Positions 26,646 through 32,000 of a DNA stretch of 32,000 nucleotides are shown one piece after another. Origin of the DNA: Formosa sp. Hel1_33_131 (GTDB lineage: Bacteria > Bacteroidota > Bacteroidia > Flavobacteriales > Flavobacteriaceae); contig NZ_CP017260.1 in assembly GCF_001735745.1 (NCBI RefSeq), positions 690,001 through 722,000 on the forward strand, written 5' to 3'. The notes under the pieces are model-generated. The model was not told the DNA's origin. It made no database searches and saw only the letters and a list, made by a program, of their open reading frames with translations. Positions within the stretch are counted from its first letter, which is position 1. The number at the start of each line of letters is the position of its first letter. The position numbers were made by a program, and so were the translations under genes.

Positions 26646-26670
26646 TTGTCTTTAGGGATTGTTTTATTAA

Positions 26671-27792
26671 TTAATTTGGTAACTGCGTAATAAATTTCAC
26701 AATTCGCTCACTAGTTTTTCCATCGCCATAAGGATTGTGCAGTCGGCTCATGGATTCAAAACGTGTAATATTATTTAAAAGGTCTAATGTTTCTTTAACT
26801 ATAAGGTTTTTATTTGTTCCTACCAAACATACCGTACCCTGTTCAACAGCTTCAGGACGCTCAGTTGTATCTCGCAGCACTAACACTGGCTTACCAAGAC
26901 TGGGGGCTTCTTCTTGTATTCCTCCACTATCTGTAATTATTAATTTAGAACGATTCATCATCCAAATAAAATCTTCATAAGCGAGTGGATCTATAAGTAG
27001 AATATTATCAACATGGGATAAAATTCGTTTTACAGGCTCTTGAACATTTGGATTTAAGTGAACGGGGTAAACAATAACTCTATCAGAATCATCTTTAGCA
27101 ATTGCTTTTAAAGCTTCACAAATTCTAACAAATCCATCACCATGATTCTCTCTTCTATGACAGGTTACTAAAATCAGTTCCTTTTGTCCAATCGTTTTTG
27201 ATAGTTTTTGAATCAAAGCACTCGGATTTTCTTTAACACGCTCTACACTTTCCAATAACGCATCAATCACAGTATTTCCTGTCACTAAAATTGTTTTTTC
27301 TTGTATATTTTCAGCCAACAAATTTAACTTAGAAGTCGGAGTAGGTGCAAAATGATAATCACATATACGTCCCGTAATTTGCCGATTCATTTCTTCTGGG
27401 AAAGGAGCATATTTATTGTGCGTTCTAAGGCCAGCTTCCACATGACAAACTTTGGCTCCACTATAAAACGAAGCGAGACTCCCTGCCATAGTCGTCGTGG
27501 TATCTCCATGAACAAACACATAATCAGGTTTAAAATCATCCAGAACAGCTTTCATATTTGTAATGATGTCCGCAGTTAAACCATATAAGTTTTGACCTTT
27601 TTTCATGAGGTCAAGGTCATAATCCGGTGTGATGTTAAAAAAATTCAATACTTGATCCAACATTTCACGATGTTGAGCGGTCACACAAACTTTGGTATTG
27701 AAAAACCTAGGGTATTTGTAAAACTCTTTAACTAGGGGTGCCATTTTTATGGCTTCTGGGCGGGTGCCAAAAACGATCAAAACATGTTTCAT
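26671..27792 (-). CDS. wecB: UDP-N-acetylglucosamine 2-epimerase (non-hydrolysing)
   Basis: Contains VFGTRPEAIKMAPLV, VHGDTTTT, HVEAGLRT, TCHRRENHG and TDSGGIQEEAPSLGKPVLVLRDTTERPE. Confidence 0.93.
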   Translation of the reverse strand: MKHVLIVFGTRPEAIKMAPLVKEFYKYPRFFNTKVCVTAQHREMLDQVLNFFNITPDYDLDLMKKGQNLYGLTADIITNMKAVLDDFKPDYVFVHGDTTTTMAGSLASFYSGAKVCHVEAGLRTHNKYAPFPEEMNRQITGRICDYHFAPTPTSKLNLLAENIQEKTILVTGNTVIDALLESVERVKENPSALIQKLSKTIGQKELILVTCHRRENHGDGFVRICEALKAIAKDDSDRVIVYPVHLNPNVQEPVKRILSHVDNILLIDPLAYEDFIWMMNRSKLIITDSGGIQEEAPSLGKPVLVLRDTTERPEAVEQGTVCLVGTNKNLIVKETLDLLNNITRFESMSRLHNPYGDGKTSERIVKFITQLPN

Positions 27793-27834
27793 TTGGGTAA
27801 GAAATTTAAAATTGATTAATGTGGATTCGGTATT

Positions 27835-28935
27835 TTAAATAGACGTTATAGCATTCTTATATGCGCTAATAATATCTTTAATATCAAAAAGTGATTCGGC
27901 CCTTCTTCTACCAGACTCCCCCATTTTAATCCGTTGTTCAGGGCTTAAGCTTAACATTTTTTCCATTTTCAGAAACAAATCATTAGAATCCTTCACCTGA
28001 CATAAAAAACCGGTTTCATCATCTACGATAACATCTTTGCACCCTGGAGTATCCGTGGTAATAATTGGCAAGGACATACTCGAACCTTCAATAAGTGCTT
28101 TAGACAGTCCTTCTCTGTAAGAAGGAAGCACCAAACAATCAGAATTTTCCATGACAGTTTTCACTTGATCTGTAAACCCTAAATAGTTGATAATTTCATC
28201 AGCAACCCAGCCATTCATTTCATCCTTTTGAATCGCCGACGTGTTTTGTGGGCAAAAAGCCCCCAATACCTGAAACCTTACCTTAGGGTGCTTTAGTTTT
28301 ATAAGTTTTGCAGCTTCAACAAATTCAAGAATCCCTTTGTCCTTTAGAAGGCGTCCTACAAAGAGGAATGTGAAATTTTTTGAGCGATATTTATGACTAT
28401 TTTTAAATTTAGAGATATCAACTCCACAACCATTTATGATTCGAGCTTTATCAGCAGAAACGATTTGCTGATCGATAAATAATTTTTGATCGTGTTTGTT
28501 TTGAAAAAAAATTATTTTCGCGAATTTTTGAGAAAATTTATACAACTGAATTGCAATAGTGGTTAAAAAGGACCTTTTGATAAAAAGTGTGCCTAAACCT
28601 GATATATTATTTACAACTGGGATACTGAGCATCTTAGCAGCTAAGGTTCCATAAATATTAGGTTTAATCGTGTTATGACAGATTAAATCTGGTTTGATTG
28701 ATTTATAAATTTTATAATACCTAAAAATCAATAAAATATCTTGGAGTGGGTTTGTTTTATTATTATTAACTTTTAAAGGAACAAACATAACCCCTGATGC
28801 TACAAGCTTTTGAGCATAATTATCAGAAGTAGCAACTGTATAGATTTCATGTCCATCGCTTTGCAACGATTTAAGTAGCTCTAATCTGAAATTAAAAACA
28901 TACCATGCCACACTCGATGAAAAAACTATTTTCAT
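27835..28935 (-). CDS. Glycosyltransferase family 4
   Basis: The ATG at 28935 (MKIVFSSSVAWYVFNFRLELLKSL) is preferred over the TTG at 28950. The C-terminal CLVLPSYREGLSKALIEGSSMSLPIITTDTPGCKDVI carries the E-x7-E motif. Confidence 0.82.
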   Translation of the reverse strand: MKIVFSSSVAWYVFNFRLELLKSLQSDGHEIYTVATSDNYAQKLVASGVMFVPLKVNNNKTNPLQDILLIFRYYKIYKSIKPDLICHNTIKPNIYGTLAAKMLSIPVVNNISGLGTLFIKRSFLTTIAIQLYKFSQKFAKIIFFQNKHDQKLFIDQQIVSADKARIINGCGVDISKFKNSHKYRSKNFTFLFVGRLLKDKGILEFVEAAKLIKLKHPKVRFQVLGAFCPQNTSAIQKDEMNGWVADEIINYLGFTDQVKTVMENSDCLVLPSYREGLSKALIEGSSMSLPIITTDTPGCKDVIVDDETGFLCQVKDSNDLFLKMEKMLSLSPEQRIKMGESGRRRAESLFDIKDIISAYKNAITSI

Positions 28936-29031
28936 CCTTTGTGAAAGCAATTTATATGTGATTGAAACAATAGTTTAATCAATTGAAAAAAAATATTGTA
29001 TTATTAAATTTAAACCTAAGTATGAAAGTGT

Positions 29032-29898
29032 TTAAATAAACCCCTTCAAATACGCATAATAATCGCCTTTCAGATTGGCTATGCGTTGGGATAAATCGGG
29101 CTTTGAGATCCAATCGTTATTTAAGGCAATTTCTTCGGGGCAGGCTATTTTTTGACCCGTTCGTTTTTCTATGGTTTTTACAAACTCGGTCGCTTCTGCC
29201 AAGGCTTCGTGTGTACCAGTGTCAAGCCATGCAAAACCACGGCTCAGAATCTCCATTTTTAAATTCTCTTGCTGTAAATAAGCTTCATTCACCGAGGTAA
29301 TTTCTAACTCACCTCTTTTGGACGGTTCAATTTTTTTGGCAATTTGAATCACAGAATTCGGATAAAAATACAATCCTACTACTGCATAATTGGATTTTGG
29401 TTCTAAAGGCTTTTCTTCAATACTCACCACATTATTGTCGGCATCAAATTCAGCAACACCATAACGTTCTGGATCTTTGACATAACTTCCAAACACCACT
29501 GCTTTTTGATCTTTTTTAACGGTTTCTACTGCAGAATTTAAAAGGTTTTGAAGTCCAGCTCCGTAAAAAATATTATCTCCTAACACCATACACACAGCGT
29601 CGGTGCCAATAAATTTTTCACCAATGATAAAGGCTTGTGCCAATCCATCGGGGGACGGTTGTTCTTCATAAGAAAGTGAAATTCCAAAATTAGAACCATC
29701 GCCAAGCAATTGCTTAAAATTAGGTAAATCGTGTGGGGTAGAAATAATCAGAATCTCCTTAATCCCTGCAATCATTAATACAGACAACGGATAGTAAATC
29801 ATTGGCTTGTCATACACAGGCAACAATTGTTTACTAACACTTAACGTTAATGGATGTAAACGTGTTCCTGAGCCTCCTGCAAGTATAATTCCCTTCAT
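29032..29898 (-). CDS. rfbA: Glucose-1-phosphate thymidylyltransferase
   Basis: Contains [45 protein letters not shown] and LGDNIF; 288 aa. Confidence 0.96.
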   Translation of the reverse strand: MKGIILAGGSGTRLHPLTLSVSKQLLPVYDKPMIYYPLSVLMIAGIKEILIISTPHDLPNFKQLLGDGSNFGISLSYEEQPSPDGLAQAFIIGEKFIGTDAVCMVLGDNIFYGAGLQNLLNSAVETVKKDQKAVVFGSYVKDPERYGVAEFDADNNVVSIEEKPLEPKSNYAVVGLYFYPNSVIQIAKKIEPSKRGELEITSVNEAYLQQENLKMEILSRGFAWLDTGTHEALAEATEFVKTIEKRTGQKIACPEEIALNNDWISKPDLSQRIANLKGDYYAYLKGFI

Positions 29899-29899
29899 C

Positions 29900-30946
29900 T
29901 TAGCTGTATTGTTGTTTGTAATAATTTATATAATCTCCCGAAGTAATATGATCGAGCCATTTCGTATTTTCTAAATACCAATCAATGGTTTTAGACAGTC
30001 CTTCTTCAAAAGTAACCGAAGGATTCCATCCCAATTCTTTTTGAATTTTAGTCGCATCAATCGCATAGCGTAAATCATGTCCGGGACGGTCTTTTACATA
30101 AGAGATGAGTGCTTCACTACTCCCTTTGGTTCTATTTAGTTTTACATCCATTTGCTGACAAAGGAGTTTTACTAAATCAATATTTTTCCATTCATTGAAC
30201 CCTCCAATATTGTAAGTTTCATGATTATTACCTTTATGAAATACCAAATCAATGGCCAAGGCATGATCGATGACATACAGCCAATCGCGGGTATAATTCC
30301 CATCGCCATACACAGGCAAGGCTTGATTTTGAATGATATTATTTATAAATAAAGGAATCAATTTTTCTGGAAATTGATACGCTCCATAATTGTTAGAACA
30401 ATTGGAAATCACATACGGCAATCCGTATGTTTCGCCATAAGCTCTCACAAAATGATCGGAGCTCGCTTTAGATGCCGAATAAGGGGAGTTGGGATCGTAA
30501 GCCGTTGACTCTTCAAACAAGCCAGTCGCTCCTAAGCTGCCATAAACCTCATCGGTACTGATGTGATAAAATCGCTTTCCTTCCCAGTTGGATTGCCATA
30601 AATTTTTGAACGCATTTAATAAAATCATCGTTCCTAAAATATTTGTTTTGGCAAATGCCAACGGATCTTTTATAGACCGGTCTACATGCGATTCTGCTGC
30701 CAAATGAATCACTCCTTGAAATTGATGGGTTTCAAAAAGCGTATTAATGAAATCTTCATCACAAATATCGCCTTTTAAAAAAGTGTAATTGTTTTGGGCT
30801 TCAATATCTGCAAGGTTTTCTAAATTCCCTGCGTAGGTTAATGCATCTAAATTAAAAACATGGTAATTCGGATAGGCGGTCACAAATTGTCTTACGACAT
30901 GAGAGCCTATAAATCCTGCACCACCTGTGATTAATATCTTTTTCAT
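29900..30946 (-). CDS. rfbB: dTDP-glucose 4,6-dehydratase
   Basis: Contains [45 protein letters not shown] and [12 protein letters not shown]. Confidence 0.96.
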   Translation of the reverse strand: MKKILITGGAGFIGSHVVRQFVTAYPNYHVFNLDALTYAGNLENLADIEAQNNYTFLKGDICDEDFINTLFETHQFQGVIHLAAESHVDRSIKDPLAFAKTNILGTMILLNAFKNLWQSNWEGKRFYHISTDEVYGSLGATGLFEESTAYDPNSPYSASKASSDHFVRAYGETYGLPYVISNCSNNYGAYQFPEKLIPLFINNIIQNQALPVYGDGNYTRDWLYVIDHALAIDLVFHKGNNHETYNIGGFNEWKNIDLVKLLCQQMDVKLNRTKGSSEALISYVKDRPGHDLRYAIDATKIQKELGWNPSVTFEEGLSKTIDWYLENTKWLDHITSGDYINYYKQQYS

Positions 30947-31968
30947 TTATTATAATAAGTCTTATACCACTCAACGAAAGCTTCTACGCCAGTTTCTAAG
31001 GGTGTGGAAGGTTGGTAGTCATAGTCGGTTTTTAGATGCTCTACATTTGCCCAGGTCTGATTTACATCCCCCGCTTGCATTGGCATCATTATACGTTCCG
31101 TTGTTTTGCCTGTGCTTTTTTCAATCGCTTCAATAAAATCTAAAAGCTGCACGGGCTGACTGTTACCAATATTATATAATTTGTATAACTCCTTTTCTTT
31201 AAAGCTCTTTAAAAGTGTATTTTCAACCCCTTCAATAATATCATCGATGTATGTGAAATCTCGAGAGAGGTTACCCTCATTAAAAACCTTAATCGGTTGG
31301 TTATTTAAAATGGCTTCTGTGAACAGGAACAAGGCCATATCTGGACGTCCCCAAGGACCATAGACTGTGAAAAATCGCAATCCAATCGTTTCAATGTTGT
31401 AAAGATGGCTGTAGGTATGTGCCATCAACTCATTGGATTTTTTGGTGGCCGCATACAAACTAATTGGCTGATCTACCACAGCAGTTTCTTCAAAAGGAAC
31501 CGCCTCACTATTTCCATACACACTTGAGCTGCTCGCATACACTAAGCGAGGCACTTTATGATGTCGACAACATTCTAAAATATTAAGAAATCCAGATACA
31601 TTACTGTCAATATAGGCTTCTGGATTTTCAATCGAATAACGCACACCTGCTTGAGCTGCCAAGTTACAAACACTCTCAAATTGATAGGTTTTAAATAGCT
31701 TGGGTAAAGCCTTTCGGTCTTCAAGGTTTAAACGAATGAATTGAAATTGATCTCCATAAACAGCGCTTGAAACAACGGTGTCAAAATGCTCAGCATCTGA
31801 CCGATGGATTCCCAATTCTTTGAGTCGACCATATTTCAGTTCGACGTTGTAATAATCATTTATATTATCCAATCCAACCACACGGTGTCCTTGCTTCAGA
31901 AGGCGTTCACAGAGGTGAAATCCAATAAAACCCGCCGCACCAGTAACTAAGATTGTTTGTGAACTCAT
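30943..31968 (-). CDS. NAD-dependent nucleotide-sugar epimerase, UDP-glucuronate 4-epimerase-like (Cap1J/WbnF family)
   Basis: Contains ILVTGAAGFIGFHL, NLAAQAGVRYS, ASSSSVYG, YAATKKSNELMAHTY, LRFFTVYGPWGRPDMA and RDFTYIDDI. The ATG at 31968 is preferred because the upstream gene's stop (31970-31972) lies inside the TTG-extended ORF. The stop overlaps the rfbB start (ATGA). Confidence 0.8.
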   Translation of the reverse strand: MSSQTILVTGAAGFIGFHLCERLLKQGHRVVGLDNINDYYNVELKYGRLKELGIHRSDAEHFDTVVSSAVYGDQFQFIRLNLEDRKALPKLFKTYQFESVCNLAAQAGVRYSIENPEAYIDSNVSGFLNILECCRHHKVPRLVYASSSSVYGNSEAVPFEETAVVDQPISLYAATKKSNELMAHTYSHLYNIETIGLRFFTVYGPWGRPDMALFLFTEAILNNQPIKVFNEGNLSRDFTYIDDIIEGVENTLLKSFKEKELYKLYNIGNSQPVQLLDFIEAIEKSTGKTTERIMMPMQAGDVNQTWANVEHLKTDYDYQPSTPLETGVEAFVEWYKTYYNK

Positions 31969-31969
31969 A

Positions 31970-32000
31970 TTATCTTCCAATTGCTTTGTAAGTGAATCCA
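31970..32000 (-). CDS. Last 9 codons of an upstream gene (...GFTYKAIGR*), possibly UDP-glucose 6-dehydrogenase
   Basis: A minus-strand frame reads GFTYKAIGR-stop, with the TAA 1 nt before the epimerase ATG. A ...Y.xIGR C-terminus and a position upstream of a UDP-GlcA 4-epimerase both fit Ugd, but 9 residues is thin evidence. Confidence 0.3.
   Translation of the reverse strand, partial: GFTYKAIGR

Noticed and set aside
28963-28990. Hairpin GATTGAAAC-AATA-GTTTAATC next to an A8 run in the rfbA-GT4 spacer, considered as an attenuator, terminator or invertible-promoter repeat.
   Set aside because: On the transcribed (minus) strand the T-run precedes rather than follows the stem. The stem has a bulge and is AT-rich. 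No second inverted-repeat copy exists that could bracket an invertible segment.
1-32000. Search for tRNA/rRNA genes, CRISPR repeats, IS/transposase or integrase genes, prophage genes, toxin-antitoxin pairs and known defence systems.
   Set aside because: I saw no regularly spaced direct repeats, no cloverleaf-like or rRNA-like segments in the intergenic regions, and no ORF with nuclease, ATPase, recombinase or phage hallmarks. Every ORF over 150 aa is accounted for by housekeeping or polysaccharide functions.

Overview
Low-GC Bacteroidota (Flavobacteriia-type) chromosomal segment. This assignment rests on a 287-aa sigma-A without region 1.1, PorT and TamL-type genes, TAnnTTTG -7 boxes and no Shine-Dalgarno sequences. 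Positions 1-12.95 kb hold ordinary housekeeping genes, mostly on the + strand: trkA (partial), ubiE/menG, porT, a TrmH-family methyltransferase, a TamL-like Omp85 lipoprotein, fbaA, accD, an orphan lipoprotein, rpsO, pnp, rpoD and rpe. This part has several consensus -7 boxes and four clean rho-independent terminators. Positions 12.96-32.0 kb are one uninterrupted minus-strand polysaccharide locus of about 19 kb. Its transcription order is ugd (last 9 codons only), UDP-GlcA 4-epimerase-like, rmlB, rmlA, GT4, wecB, wecC, wecD, wecE, wzx, a divergent GT-like protein, wzy (EpsG type), GT4, a heparinase II/III-like protein, a WbuB-like GT4, wza and wzc. Many junctions overlap by 4-16 nt. I found no tRNA/rRNA, CRISPR array, transposase/integrase, prophage, toxin-antitoxin or recognisable defence genes, so I cannot support a claim of a wholly new system. 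Five items are most worth follow-up. (1) The sugar-precursor and flippase block is colinear with the enterobacterial common antigen (ECA) cluster but is wired to Wza/Wzc export. (2) An apparently cytoplasmic heparinase II/III-like protein is translationally coupled to a glycosyltransferase, which makes it a candidate uronate C5-epimerase. (3) An unassigned GT-like protein sits at the WecF position. (4) AccD has lost all four zinc-ribbon cysteines. (5) The pnp leader carries a T-free C/A tract held inside a hairpin. All similarity statements come from reading the translations by eye against remembered reference sequences; no searches were run.
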